From NCBI GenBank assembly GCA_039621445.1, contig CP154954.1, forward strand, positions 35,325,703 through 35,389,702: a DNA stretch of 64,000 nucleotides, in the 5' to 3' direction. Shown here one piece after another: positions 39,377 through 53,078 of the stretch (position 1 is the stretch's first letter; each line of letters begins with the position of its first letter). The notes beneath the pieces are model-generated. The model did not search any database, was not told the origin of the DNA, and was given only the letters and a program-made list of their open reading frames with translations. The DNA is from Euglena gracilis (lineage: Eukaryota). A program made the position numbers and the translations under genes.

Positions 39377-42300
39377 TTTACTTGGCAAGAGAGAAACATG
39401 CAGCAGGAATGTTTGTTGCAAGAAATGAGCAGATTTAGATGGGTGCATTCGACCATTCCGGGGGACATTTACCAGGTCAGCCCAGGTTACCATGTAAAAA
39501 TGGACCAAATTGGGCCTTACTCCTAGTTACCGAATGGGTGTTCCAGGAGGCCTCCAAAGTCAGGGGACCCGTTGGTTTCATGATTGTCGTGGTTTAATGG
39601 TAAGAAAAACATGCAGCTGGAATGTTGGTTGCAAGAAATGAGCAGATTTAGATGGGTGCATTCGACCATTCCGGGGGACATTTACCAGGTCAGCCCAGGT
39701 TACCATGTAAAAATGGACCAAATTGGGCCTTACTCCGAGTAACCGAATGGGTGTTCCAGGTAACCGAATGGGTGTTCCAGGAGGCCTGCAAAGTCAGGGG
39801 ACCCGTTGGTTTCATGATTGTCGTGGTTTAATGGTAAGAAAAACATGCAGCCGGAAGGTTGGTTGCAAGAAATGAGCACATTTAGATGGGTGCATTCGAC
39901 CATTCCGGGGGACATTTACCAGGTCAGCCCAGGTTACCATGTAAAAATGGACCAAATTGGGCCTTACTCCGAGTTACCGAATGGGTGTTCCAGGAGGCCT
40001 CCAAAGTCAGGGGACCCGTTGGTTTCATGATTGTCGTGGTTTAATGGTAAGAAAAACATGCAGCCGGAAGGTTGGTTGCAAGAAATGAGCACATTGAGAT
40101 GGGTGCATTCGATTATTCCGGGGACATTTACCAGGTCAGCCCAGGTTACCATGTAAAAATGGACCAAATTGGGCCTTACTCCGAGTAACCGAATGGGTGT
40201 TCCAGGAGGCCTCCAAAGTCAGGGGACCCGTTGGTTTCATGATTGTCGTGGTTTAATGGTAAGAATAACATGCAGCCGAAAGGTTGGTTGCAAGAAATGA
40301 GCACATTTAGATGGGTGCATTCGACCATTCCGGGGGACATTTACCAGGTCAGCCCAGGTTACCATGTAAAAATGGACCAAATTGGGCCTTACTCCGAGTT
40401 ACCGAATGGGTGTTCCAGGAGGCCTCCAAAGTCAGGGGACCCGTTGGTTTCATGATTGTCGTGGTTTAATGGTAAGAAAAACATGCAGCTGAAAAGTTGG
40501 TTGAAAGAAATGAGCAGATTTAGATGGGTGCATTCGACCATTCCGGGGGACATTTACCAGGTCAGCCCAGGTTACCATGGAAAAATGGACCAAATTGGGC
40601 CTTACTCCGAGTAACCGAATGGGTGTTCCAGGAGGCCTCCAAAGTCGGGGGACCCGTTGGTGTCATGATTGTCGTGGTTTAATTGTAGAAAAGACATGCA
40701 GCGGGAATGTTGGTTGCAAGAAATGAGCACATTTAGATGGGTGCATTCGACCATTCCGGGGGACATTTACCAGGTCAGCCCAGGTTACCATGTAAAAATG
40801 GACCAAATTGGGCCTTACTCCGAGTAACCGAATGGGTGTTCCAGGAGGCCTCCAAAGTCAGGGGACCCGTTGGTTTCATGATTGTCGTGGTTTAATGGCA
40901 AGAGAAACATGCAGCGGGAATCTTGGTTGCAAGAAATGAGCAGATTTAGATGGGTGCATTCGACCATTCCGGGGGACATTTACCAGGTCAGCCCAGGTTA
41001 CCATGTAAAAATGGACGAAATTGGGCCTTACTCCGAGTAACCGAATGGGTGTTCCAGGAGGCCTCCAAAGTCAGGGGACCCGTTGGTTTCATGATTGTCG
41101 TGGTTTAATGGTAAGAAAAGCATGCAGCCGGAAGGTTGTTTTCAAGAAATGAGCACATTTAGATGGGTGCATTCGACCATTCCGGGGGACATTTACCAGG
41201 TCAGCCCAGGTTACCATGTAAAAATGGACCAAATTGGGCCGTACTCTGAGTTACCGAATGGGTGTTCCAGGAGGCCTCCAAAGTCAGGGGACCCGTTGGT
41301 TTCATGATTGTCGTGGTTTAATGGTAAGAAAAACATGCAGCTGGAATGTTGGTTGCAAGAAATGAGCAGATTTAGATGGGTGCATTCGACCATTCCGGGG
41401 GACATTTACCAGGTCAGCCCAGGTTACCATGTAAAAATGGACCAAATTGGGCCTTACTCCGAGTAACCGAATGGGTGTTCCAGGAGGCCTCCAAAGTCAG
41501 GGGACCCGTTGGTTTCATGATTGTCGTGGTTTAATGGTAAGAAAAACATGCAGCCGGAAGGTTGGTTGCAAGAAATGAGCACATTTAGATGGGTGCATTC
41601 GACCATTCCGGGGGACATTTACCAGGTCAGCCCAGGTTACCATGTAAAAATGGACCAAATTGGGCCTTACTCCGAGTAACCGAATGGGTGTTCCAGGAGG
41701 CCTCCAAAGTCAGGGGACCCGTTGGTTTCATGATTGTCGTGGTTTAATGGTAAGAAAAACATGCAGCCGAAGGTTGGTTGCAAGAAATGAGCAGATTTAG
41801 ATGGGTGCATTCGACCATTCCGGGGGACATTTACCAGGTCAGCCCAGGTTACCATGTAAAAATGGACCAAATTGGGCCTTACTCCGAGTAACCGAATGGG
41901 TGTTCCAGGAGGCCTCCAAAGTCAGGGGACCCGTTGGTTTCATGATTGTCGTGGTTTAATGGTAAGAAAACATGCAGCCGGAAGGTTGGTTGCAAGAAAT
42001 GAGCACATTTAGATGGGTGCATTCGACCATTCCGGGGGACATTTACCAGGTCAGCCCAGGTTACCATGTAAAAATGGACCAAATTGGGCCTTACTCCGAG
42101 TAACCGAATGGGTGTTCCAGGAGGCCTCCAAAGTCAGGGGACCCGTTGGTTTCATGATTGTCGTGGTTTAATGGTAAGAAAAACATGCAGCCGGAAGGTT
42201 GGTTGCAAGAAATGAGCACATTTAGATGGGTGCATTCGACCATTCCGGGGGACATTTACCAGGTCAGCCCAGGTTACCATGTAAAAATGGACCAAATTGG

Positions 42301-43429
42301 GCCTTACTCCGAGTAACCGAATGGGTGTTCCAGGAGGCCTCCAAAGTCAGGGGACCCGTTGGTTTCATGATTGTCGTGGTTAAATGGTAAAAAAAACATG
42401 CAGCGGGAATGTTGGTTGCAAGAAATGAGCAGATTTAGATGGGTGCATTCGACCATTCCGGGGGACATTTACCAGGTCAGCCCAGGTTACCATGTAAAAA
42501 TGGACCAAATTGGGCCTTACTCCGAGTAATCGAATGGGTGTTCCAGGAGGCCTCCAAAGTCAGGGGACCCGTTGGTTTCATGATTGTCGTGGTTTAATGG
42601 TAAGAAAAACATGCAGCGGGAATGTTGGTTGCAAGAAATGAGCAGATTTAGATGGGTGCATTCGACCATTCCGGGGGACATTTACCAGGTCAGCCCAGGT
42701 TACCATGTAAAAATGGACCAAATTGGGCCTTACTCCGAGTAACCGAATGGGTGTTCCAGGAGGCCTCCAAAGTCAGGGGACCCGTTGGTTTCATGATTGT
42801 CGTGGTTTAATGGTAAGAAAAACATGCAGCCGGAAGGTTGGTTGCAAGAAATGAGCAGATTTAGATGGGTGCATTCGACCATTCCGGGGGACATTTACCA
42901 GGTCAGCCCAGGTTACCATGTAAAAATGGACCAAATTGGGCCTTACTCCGAGTAACCGAATGGGTGTTCCAGGAGGCCTCCAAAGTCAGGGGACCCGTTG
43001 GTTTCATGATTGTCGTGGTTTAATGGTAAGAAAAACATGCAGCCGGAAGGTTGGTTGCAAGAAATGAGCAGATTTAGATGGGTGCATTCGACCATTCCGG
43101 GGGACATTTACCAGGTCAGCCCAGGTTACCATGTAAAAATGGACCAAATTGGGCCTTACTCCGAGTTACCGAATGGGTGTTCCAGGAGGCCTCCAAAGTC
43201 AGGGGACCCGTTGGTTTCATGATTGTCGTGGTTTAATGGTAAGAAAAACATGCAGCCGGAAGGTTGGTTGCAAGAAATGAGCAGATTTAGATGGGTGCAT
43301 TCGACCATTCCGGGGGACATTTACCAGGTCAGCCCAGGTTACCATGTAAAAATGGACCAAATTGGGCCTTACTCCGAGTAACCGAATGGGTGTTCCAGGA
43401 GGTCTCCAAAGTCAGGGGACCCGTTGGTT

Positions 43430-44000
43430 TCTTGTCGTGTGTGGTGGTCAAGAATGACACATGAAGCGAAACATAAAGGTGGTTCCAAGGAAATGAGCAT
43501 GTAAAAAATGAGATTAAAATGGAGGAATGGGGACACATCATGTCGTGGTTTGGTCATGAATGGGGCAGATTTAAGATGGTGGCATTTCGACCAGGGAAAA
43601 GGAACCAGCGGTTACCAGAAAATGGAGACCAAATTGGGTTACTCCAATTGTTAGGCCTCCAAAGTGGGGGACCCGTTTTATGATTGTCGTGGTTTAATGG
43701 TAAGAAAAAAAAAAGCAGTTAAGGGTGAAGAGCAAATGATTTACGATGGGTGGGGGACATTCCAGAGGAAAGTCAGGACCATGTTGGCCTACTCGAGGGT
43801 GTTAAAGGATGGCCAAAGGGGCAGGGGAACAGTTAGATGGGTGTTCCATTTAAAGAAGGGGGTAAACAGTTTACCGATGGGGTTTGGTTTAAAGAAAAGG
43901 GAAATAAAAAGAAAAAGCATTGCGCCGTGGTTATGAAGCAGATAGATGGACCATGTTAATGAGAAAAAAGGTCACCAAATTGGGAAATTACTCCGGTTAC
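43430..44000 (-). repeat. Scrambled or degenerate satellite segment (~2.5 monomers)
   Basis: Fragments of monomer motifs (GAAATGAGCA, TGTAAAAAATG, CCAAATTGGG, GGTTTAATGGTAAG) with dense indels, flanked by near-perfect monomers. Confidence 0.7.
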
Positions 44001-44599
44001 CGAGTAACCGAATGGGTGTTCCAGGAGGCCTCCAAAGTCAGGGGACCCGTTGGTTTCAGGATTGTCGTGGTTAAATCGTAAGAAAACATGCAGCCGGAAG
44101 GTTGTTGGTTGCAAGAAATGAGCAGATTTAGATGGTGCATTCGACCATTCCGGGGGACATTTACCAGGTCAGCCCAGGTTACCATGTAAAAATGGACCAA
44201 ATTGGGCCTTACTCCGAGTAACCGAATGGGTGTTCCAGGAGGCCTCCAAAGTCAGGGGACCCGTTGGTTTCATGATTGTCGTGGTTTAATGGTAAGAAAA
44301 ACATGCAGCCGGAAGGTTGGTTGCAAGAAATGAGCAGATTTAGATGGGTGCATTCGACCATTCCGGGGGACATTTACCAGGTCAGCCCAGGTTACCATGT
44401 AAAAATGGACCAAATTGGGCCTTACTCCGAGTAACCGAATGGGTGTTCCAGGACGCCTCCAAAGTCAGGGGACCCGTTGGTTCCATGATTGTCGTGGTTT
44501 AATGGTAAAAAAAAACATGCAGCGGAATGTTGGTTGCAAGAAATGAGCAGATTTAGATGGGTGCATTCGACCATTCCGGGGGACATTTACCAGGTCAGC

Positions 44600-47400
44600 C
44601 CAGGTTACCATGTAAAAATGGACCAAATTGGGCCGTACTCCGAGTAACCGAATGGGTGTTCCAGGAGGCCTCCAAAGTCAGGGGACCCGTTGGTTTCATG
44701 ATTGTCGTGGTTTAATGGTAAGAAAAACCTGCAGCGGCAATGTTGGTTGTAAGAAATGAGCAGATTTAGATGGGTGCATTCGACCATTCCGGGGGACTTT
44801 TGCCAGGTCAGCCCAGGTTACCATGTAAAAATGGACCAAATTGGGCCTTACTCCGAGTAACCGAATGGGTGTTCCAGGAGGCCTCCAAAGTCAGGGGACC
44901 CGTTGGTTTCATGATTGTCGTGGTTTAATGGTAAGAAGAACATGCAGCCGGAAGGTTGGTTGCAAGAAATGAGCAGATTTAGATGGGTGCATTCGACCAT
45001 TCCGGGGGACATTTACCAGGTCAGCCCAGGTTACCATGTAAAAATGGACCAAATTGGGCCGTACTCCGATTAACCGAATGGGTGTTCCAGGAGGCCTCCA
45101 AAGGCAGGGGACCCGTTGGTTTCATGATTGTCGTGGTTTAATGGTAAGAAAAACATGCAGCCGGAAGGTTGGTTGCAAGAAATGAGCAGATTTAGATGGG
45201 TGCATTCGACCATTCCGGGGGACATTTACCAGGTCAGCCCAGGTTACCATGTAAAAATGGACCAAATTGGGCCTTACTCCGAGTAACCGAATGGGTGTTC
45301 CAGGAGGCCTCCAAAGTCAGGGGACCCGTTGGTTTCATGATTGTCGTGGTTTAATGGTAAGAAAAACATGCAGCCGGAAGGTTGGTTGCAAGAAATGAGC
45401 AGATTTAGATGGGTGCATTCGACCATTCCGGGGGACATTTACCAGGTCAGCCCAGGTTACCATGTAAAAATGGACCAAATTGGGCCGTACTCCGAGTAAC
45501 CGAATGGGTGTTCCAGGAGGCCTCCAAAGTCAGGGGACCCGTTGGTTTCATGATTGTCGTGGTTTAATGGTAAGAAAAACCTGCAGCGGCAATGTTGGTT
45601 GTAAGAAATGAGCAGATTTAGATGGGTGCATTCGACCATTCCGGGGGACTTTTGCCAGGTCAGCCCAGGTTACCATGTAAAAATGGACCAAATTGGGCCT
45701 TACTCCGAGTAACCGAATGGGTGTTCCAGGAGGCCTCCAAAGTCAGGGGACCCGTTGGTTTCATGATTGTCGTGGTTTAATGGTAAGAAGAACATGCAGC
45801 CGGAAGGTTGGTTGCAAGAAATGAGCAGATTTAGATGGGTGCATTCGACCATTCCGGGGGACATTTACCAGGTCAGCCCAGGTTACCATGTAAAAATGGA
45901 CCAAATTGGGCCGTACTCCGATTAACCGAATGGGTGTTCCAGGAGGCCTCCAAAGGCAGGGGACCCGTTGGTTTCATGATTGTCGTGGTTTAATGGTAAG
46001 AATAACATGCAGCCAAAAGGCTGGTTGCAAGAAATGAGCAGATTTAGATGGGTGCATTCGACCATTCCGGGGGACATTTACCAGGTCAGCCCAGGTTACC
46101 ATGTAAAAATGGACCAAATTGGGCCTTACTCCGAGTAACCGAATGGGTGTTCCAGGAGGCCTCCAAAGTCAGGGGACCCGTTGGTTTCATGTTTGTCGTG
46201 GTTTAATGGTAAGAATAACATGCAGCCGAAAGGTTGGTTGCAAGAAATGAGCAGATTTAGATGGGTGCATTCGACCATTCCGGGTGACATTTAACAGGTC
46301 AGCCCAGGTTACCATGTAAAAATGGACCAAATTTGGCCTTACTCCGAGTAACCGAATGGGTGTTCCAGGAGGCCTCCAAAGTCAGGGGACCCGTTGGTTT
46401 CATGATTGTCGTGGTTTAATGGTAAGAAAAACCTGCAGCGGCAATGTTGGTTGTAAGAAATGAGCAGATTTAGATGGGTGCATTCGACCATTCCGGGGGA
46501 CATTTGCCAGGTCAGCCCAGGTTACCGTGTAAAAATGGACCAAATTGGGCCTTACTCCGAGTAACCGAATGGGTGTTCCAGGAGGCCTCCAAAGTCAGGG
46601 GACCCGTTGGTTTCATGTTTGTCGTGGTTTAATGGTAAGAATAACATGCAGCCGAAAGGTTGGTTGCAAGAAATGAGCAGATTTAGATGGGTGCATTCGA
46701 CCATTCCGGGTGACATTTAACAGGTCAGCCCAGGTTACCATGTAAAAATGGACCAAATTTGGCCTTACTCCGAGTAACCGAATGGGTGTTCCAGGAGGCC
46801 TCCAAAGTCAGGGGACCCGTTGGTTTCATGATTGTCGTGGTTTAATGGTAAGAAAAACCTGCAGCGGCAATGTTGGTTGTAAGAAATGAGCAGATTTAGA
46901 TGGGTGCATTCGACCATTCCGGGGGACATTTGCCAGGTCAGCCCAGGTTACCATGTAAAAATGGACCAAATTGGGCCTTACTCCGAGTAACCGAATGGGT
47001 GTTCCAGGAGGCCTCCAAAGTCAGGGGACCCGTTGGTTTCATGATTGTCGTGGTTTAATGGTAAGAAGAACATGCAGCCGGAAGGTTGGTTGCAAGAAAT
47101 GAGCAGATTTAGATGGGTGCATTCGACCATTCCGGGGGACATTTACCAGGTCAGCCCAGGTTACCATGTAAAAATGGACCAAATTGGGCCGTACTCCGAT
47201 TAACCGAATGGGTGTTCCAGGAGGCCTCCAAAGGCAGGGGACCCGTTGGTTTCATGATTGTCGTGGTTTAATGGTAAGAATAACATGCAGCCAAAAGGCT
47301 GGTTGCAAGAAATGAGCAGATTTAGATGGGTGCATTCGACCATTCCGGGTGACATTTACCAGGTCAGCCCAGGTTACCATGTAAAAATGGACCAAATTCG
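44600..47400 (-). repeat. Higher-order repeat zone (4-mer/2-mer)
   Basis: The AAAAACCTGCAGCGGCAATGTTGGTTGTAAG variant occurs at ~44723, 45575, 46427 and 46853 (spacing 852, 852, 426 bp). Confidence 0.8.
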
Positions 47401-49317
47401 GCCTTACTCCGAGTAACCGAATGGGTGTTCCAGGAGGCCTCCAAAGTCAGGGGACCCGTTGGTTTCATGATTGTCGTGGTTTAATGGTAAGAATAACATG
47501 CAGCCGGAAGGTTGGTTGCAAGAAACGAGCACATTGAGATGGGTGCATTCGACCATTCCGGGGGACGTTTACCAGGTCAGCCCAGGTTACCATGTAAAAA
47601 TGGACCAAATTGGGCCGTACTCCGAGTTACCGAATGGGTGTTCCAGGAGGCCTCCAAAGTCAGGTGACCCGTTGGTTTCACGATTGTCGTGGTTCAATGG
47701 TAAGAAAAACATGCAGCCGGAAGGTTGGTTGCAAGAAATGAGCACATTTAGATGGTTGCATTCGACCATTCCAGGGGACATTTACCAGGTCAGCCCAGGT
47801 TACCATGTAAAAATGGACCAAATTGGGCCTTACTCCGAGTAACCGAATGGGTGTTCCAGGAGGCCTCCAAAGTCAGGGGACCCGTTGGTTTCATGATTGT
47901 CGTGGTTTAATGGTAAGAAAAACATGCAGCCGGAAGGTTGGTTGCAAGAAATGAGCACATTTAGATGGTTGCATTCGACCATTCCAGGGGACATTTACCA
48001 GGTCAGCCCAGGTTACCATGTAAAAATGGACCAAATTGGGCCTTACTCCGAGTAACCGAATGGGTGTTCCAGGAGGCCTCCAAAGTCAGGGGACCCGTTG
48101 GTTTCATGATTGTCGTGGTTTAATGGTAAGAATAACATGCAGCCGAAAGGTTGGTTGCAAGAAATGAGCACATTTAGATGGGTGCATTCGACCATTCCGG
48201 GGGACATTTACCAGGTCAGCCCAGGTTACCATGTAAAAATGGACCAAATTGGGCCTTACTCCGAGTTAGCGAATGGGTGTTCCAGGAGGCCTCCAAAGTC
48301 AGGGGACCCGTTGGTTTCATGATTGTCGTGGTTTAATGGTAAGAAAAACACGCAGCCGGAAGGTTGGTTGCAAGAAATGAGCACATTTAGATGGGTGCAT
48401 TCGACCATTCAGGGGGACATTTACCAGGTCAGCCCAGGTTACCATGTAAAAATGGACCAAATTGGGCCTTACTCCGAGTTAGCGAATGGGTGTTCCAGGA
48501 GGCCTCCAAAGTCAGGGGACCCGTTGGTTTCATGATTGTCGTGGTTTAATGGTAAGAAAAACATGCAGCCGGAAGGTTGGTTGCAAGACCTGAGCACATT
48601 TAGATGGGTGCATTCGACCAATCCAGGGGACATTTACCAGGTCAGCCCAGGTTACCATGTAAAAATGGACCAAATCGGGCCTTACTCCGAGTAACCGAAT
48701 GGGTGTTCCAGGAGGCCTCCAAAGTCAGGGGACCCGTTGTTTTCATGATTGTCGTGGTTTAATGGTAAGAAAAACATGCAGCCGGAAGGTTGGTTGCAAG
48801 AAATGAGCACATTTAGATGGGTGCATTCGACCATTCCGGGGGACATTTACCAGGTCAGCCCAGGTTACCATGTAAAAATGGACCAAATTGGGCCTTACTC
48901 CGAGTAACCGAATGGGTGTTCCAGGAGGCCTCCAAAGTCAGGGGACCCGTTGGTTTCATGATTGTCGTGGTTTAATGGTAAGAAAAACATGCAGCCGAAA
49001 GGTTGGTTGCAAGAAATGAGCACATTTAGATGGGTGCATTCGACCATTCCAGGGGACATTTACCAGGTCAGCCCAGGTTACCATGTAAAAATGGACCAAA
49101 GTGGGCCTTACTCCGAGTAACCGAATGGGTGTTCCAGGAGGCCTCCAAAGTCAGGGGACCCGTTGGTTTCATGATTGTCGTGGTTTAATGGTAAGAATAA
49201 CATGCAGCCGGAAGGTTGGTTGCAAGAAATGAGCACATTTAGATGGTTGCATTCGACCATTCCAGGGGACATTTTCCAGGTCAGCCCAGGTTACCATGTA
49301 AAAATGGACCAAATTGG

Positions 49318-49748
49318 TGTGTACCAGGCAGCCATTCTGCCATGGCACTGTGTACCAGATACAAGGGGCTACGGCCTACAACCTGGCTACGGCCGGGCCG
49401 TACACAGTGGCATGGTTAAAACCATAAGACAAAGAGAGAATCTCAGAGCTAGCGAAAGCTTAGCGAAAGTAACTGGTTCCTAATTCAAGGTTACAGGGTT
49501 TGGTGCTTTGCAATTCTGTTTTAGAATTCTGAGGGCGAAGTCCCATTTGAATAGAAGTTTTCTTTCTTTCTTTTACAAAGCTCGAAAGAGCAAAAGTCAC
49601 AATCATATAAGGGACTGCGGTCCCACCAATTCTTCTGCTTGTGTGCTTTGCATTCAAAAGGGGAAAAGGGAAGCAAATTTTATTGTTACTCCCCCCGCGG
49701 GCTTTTCAGGAGGAAAGCGTAAGTAGAAAAGCCGGGGTGGGACGTACA
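49318..49748 (+). repeat. Putative 5' LTR (~430 bp)
   Basis: Begins TG(TGTAC) at the satellite junction and ends GTACA 2 nt before the PBS. TGTAC...GTACA forms a terminal inverted repeat, and TATAA lies at ~49606. The partner LTR is not in the window. Confidence 0.7.
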
Positions 49749-49750
49749 CT

Positions 49751-49760
49751 TGGTAGCAGA
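49751..49760 (+). promoter_or_regulatory. Primer-binding site complementary to the initiator tRNA-Met 3' end
   Basis: TGGTAGCAGA is the reverse complement of ...UCUGCUACCA, the 3' end of many eukaryotic tRNA-iMet. It lies just after the LTR-terminal CA. Confidence 0.8.
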
Positions 49761-49972
49761 TTAGGTTTAACGGTCGTACGACCACACAAAAAACTCAGAA
49801 AAGGCGCCTAAGCACGGGCGAGGTGTCTCAGGGGCACAAGTGGCTACGGCTGCATCACAAAGCCTCTGAGCCCCCACCTTTGCTTATCTTTTTGGGGATT
49901 TTTACACAAATTTTTACAATTTTTACAATTTTCCCGATTTTCACAAAAATTTTTCCTTACTTTTCATCTGAA

Positions 49973-52900
49973 ATGCAAAGTGCACATGCACACACTGGAA
50001 ACGCACCTATTAACTATGCTTTGTTAATAGGTTCGCTTCGTGGACTGCAGAATGCAGACGAAGTCGCTACGGCGACGGATAATTTTCCTTCACAAGGGGC
50101 GGAGGCCCAAACCGCTTTTGCGGCAGAAAATTTTCCTTCACAAGGGGCGAATGCCCATGCCGCTTCTGCGGTGGAAAATTTTTCTATACAAGGGGCGGAT
50201 GCCCAAGCCGCTTCGGTGGCACCCCCCCCGCAACTGGGTTTTCGAACCCGCACCGCATTGGCGGTGCCCCCCCCTACAAGCCGCTTCGGCGGTACCCCCC
50301 CCCCTCCAAGGGTCTTCGGACCCAAGCCGCTTCGGCGGTACCCCCCCCCTCCAAGGGTCTTCGGACCCAAGCCGCTTCGGCGGTACCCCCCCCCCTCCAA
50401 GGGTCTTCGGACCCAAGCCGCTTCGGCGGTACCCCCCCCTCCAAGGGTCTACGGACCCAACCCGCATTTGCGGACCAAACTTTACAACAACCGCATTTGC
50501 GGTAAAACACCATCCTACAATGGGTCTACGGACCCCCTCCGCTTCTGCGGAGTATGACTCACAAGAGGGCAGTATGCCCGAACGGGGTTGGCAATTAGTG
50601 CCTTTTGGCACCCAATTGCCAACAGAGCCCCCCTCTTACCAGGACGGGTTGGAAACACCTTGTTTTTTCCAACCCCCCCCGGCCCTACCACCGGTAAGCC
50701 CCATTCGGGACTTGCCCCCCCCTCCACAATTGGGAGAAATCCCAGAACTACCTTGGTCCGCTGAAATGCGGTTGGTGGTCCCGGACACTGCCGGTGTCAT
50801 TGTTCCCATGGACAATGACCCCGAAGAAGACCGGGATTCGTTCTCCAGTAATACCGTTGAGCGCGTAGTCGCAAATTTACCGGAGAACCACCCACTACAA
50901 CAGCAATTTCGACACATCGAAGCATGTGTCCAAAATTGCGCTAAAACACTGAACCAAGTCCTACAATTTGATGAAGACAGTCACAAGGCCGTTTTCGGCA
51001 AGCTGGACTTCCTTTGGCAATATATCCAAGAATTTGGACAATTTTGCCAAAAGAATTTTAACTCCACTACAATGGACCTTCAGAACCTCCACCAAGGTTT
51101 TGACGCATTTTTGCGCAACACCTTGGTACACAACTTCCAACAGGTACAAGAGACCCTCCAAACCGCGGAATCGCGGAATAACGCAAAATGTTCACATTTA
51201 CAACAAAATTTACAACAATTATTCACACAACTGGAAAACTTTTCTTATACAATGCAAGAAATGCAGTCCCGCCTACAACAACGGGATAAAGCGCCTACAG
51301 GTGCGGAACTTGGCTCATATGTCTCATATGAGCACTTCTCAACCCTATCCAATGTTGTACAACAATCCCAGGAACGCATTTTGCGTTTGGGTGATGAAAA
51401 CGCAAGTTTTCATCAAAATTTTACACAAATACGCGAAAACTATGTACAAAGAGCTTTTGCTCAACAACTGGAAGAGCGGATTGCTCGTTTGGAACAAACT
51501 TCCTGCAAATGCGGTGAAGTTTCCCACAATTTGACCACATTGCACACCCAAGTGGCAGAAATCGCGCATCGGCAAGATTTCCTCCATGAAAAGTGGCAAA
51601 ACGACATACAAAAATTTGAAACTGCGTCCAATGCGCTACAAACCGCTACGGCGGAACTCCAATCCCGCGATGCGGTGATTCTTAGCTTACAAACCGCGAA
51701 TGCGGAACTCCAAGACCGAGAAACGGTCCTAACTACCATCCAAACCGCGAATGCGGACCTCCAAATTGCGTTTGCAGACCTGAAAACCGCTTTTGCGGAT
51801 GTTTCGGGACTACAAACTGCAATTGGGGACTTACAACGCCGCTTTGCGGAAACTTCCACAAAAAATCCCAGTATGGGAGCACTACGAACCACTATCACCG
51901 ATTTGCACAATCAATTACAATCTGATGTGAACAAAATCGAATCTGCATTTGCGGATTTGCACAAACGGTGCAACGGTATTCAAACATCAATTCCGGATAT
52001 CACCGGCATCGAAACCGCGCTTGCGGATTTGAATACCCAACACAAAACCTTACAATCCACCACTTCCCATTTACAAAAACGCGTACAAACACTTTCTACA
52101 AGGGTCTCCGGACTCCAACCATCCTCGGATGGACAAACGGTTCGCGAAGTCGAACTACCCCTTGATTTTCGCACATTTTATGACCAAATGCTTGCGAAAA
52201 ATCAGGAAAACTTACAAGAATTTTGTGAAACCTTGATGAGGACCGAAAATTCGGTCACTCAACAAGTTCTCACACTAAAACAACAAGTTTCGGTGTTGGA
52301 GAACCGACTTTCTACAATGATGGTTGATAAAACCGCTGAAAATGCGGTAAGGGTACCCCAACCCACGTTGGGTACCACAACCCCACAAACCCCACAAACC
52401 GAGAATCGGTTAAACGCACTTACAACCGCAATGGAAACTTTGGTTAAGCGGGTCCAATTTTTGGACACCACTTTTCCAAAACTTTCCGCGGATTTTGAAT
52501 CCATTGCTGACAAATTACCACTTTTGGATGAACTACCCTCATACCGCAAACGTATTAAGCGTTTGCAGTGTGATGTTGAACGAATTTCGGACCTTTTCCA
52601 AGTGGTTGGTTCATTGGAACAAAGCATACAAGATTTTGCATTGAGTTTGGATGAGATTCATGCAAAATCCCGCAACCCCCCGCACTTTGGCCATGAAAAC
52701 ACCGTTTTCGGTGGTCAAATTGCAACCTCCAGCTCACAACGCGCTTTTCGCGCATCAACCGAAGCATCTTCGGATGCCCGACATCCAACTCGCGACTTTG
52801 TGCATCAAATTCGCGATGTGTTGGATGCCAATACTTCCAAAAGCGCAGTATGCGCACCCATACAAGCATCTTCGGATGCGCATGCCCTACAAGCATCCAC

Positions 52901-53003
52901 GGATGCACATGATCATGCACATGCCTACAATCACGATTACAATCGCCCGTTTATACCACAAATCAAGATTCCCCCCCACAAGGGTGAATCTTCGGATGAG
53001 TAA
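49973..53003 (+). pseudogene. N-terminal extension of Gag/ORF1: repeat-rich start followed by a long coiled coil
   Basis: ATG at 49973, then 3x48-bp and 4x~45-bp repeats with poly-C length variation that shifts into the 987-aa frame. Roughly 600 aa are heptad-like, L/Q/E-rich, including 17-aa repeats at ~51637-51770. Confidence 0.65.
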
Positions 53004-53078
53004 CCGGTTTTCCCCGCAAAAACCGCCAATCCTCTTGTTTTACAACAAGAAATTCGCGAATCGGGACTGATTCGCGGT

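Larger units (their letters stand above)
32164..49317 (-). repeat. Satellite array, right arm: same 213-bp monomer in reverse orientation, ~80 copies
   Basis: The reverse complement of the left monomer (CATTTACCAGGTCAGCCCAGGTTACCATG...) repeats with the same period up to ...GGACCAAATTGG at 49317. Confidence 0.98.

Noticed and set aside
39149-39526. Poly-Gly/poly-Pro ORFs or a functional G-quadruplex
   Set aside because: They arise from a single poly-G tract that most likely reflects a base-calling or polishing artefact.
13500-39790. Isolated monomer deletions/duplications (~13525, 14320, 17153, 28720, 36115, 39760)
   Set aside because: These are ordinary slippage or microhomology events, or read errors, with no pattern beyond normal satellite turnover.
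43430-44000. Foreign insertion within the array
   Set aside because: It is made of garbled monomer fragments; a low-quality consensus or join is more likely.
3861-49317. CRISPR array or tandem 5S/spliced-leader RNA genes
   Set aside because: There are no unique spacers and no cas genes. I recognise no 5S, SL or snRNA sequence in the monomer.
4725-49483. ~150 short ORFs (MSWFNGKK..., MSPGMVEC...) in the array
   Set aside because: They are translations of the 213-bp (3x71) monomer. Stops and indels vary freely between copies, and many lack a true ATG.
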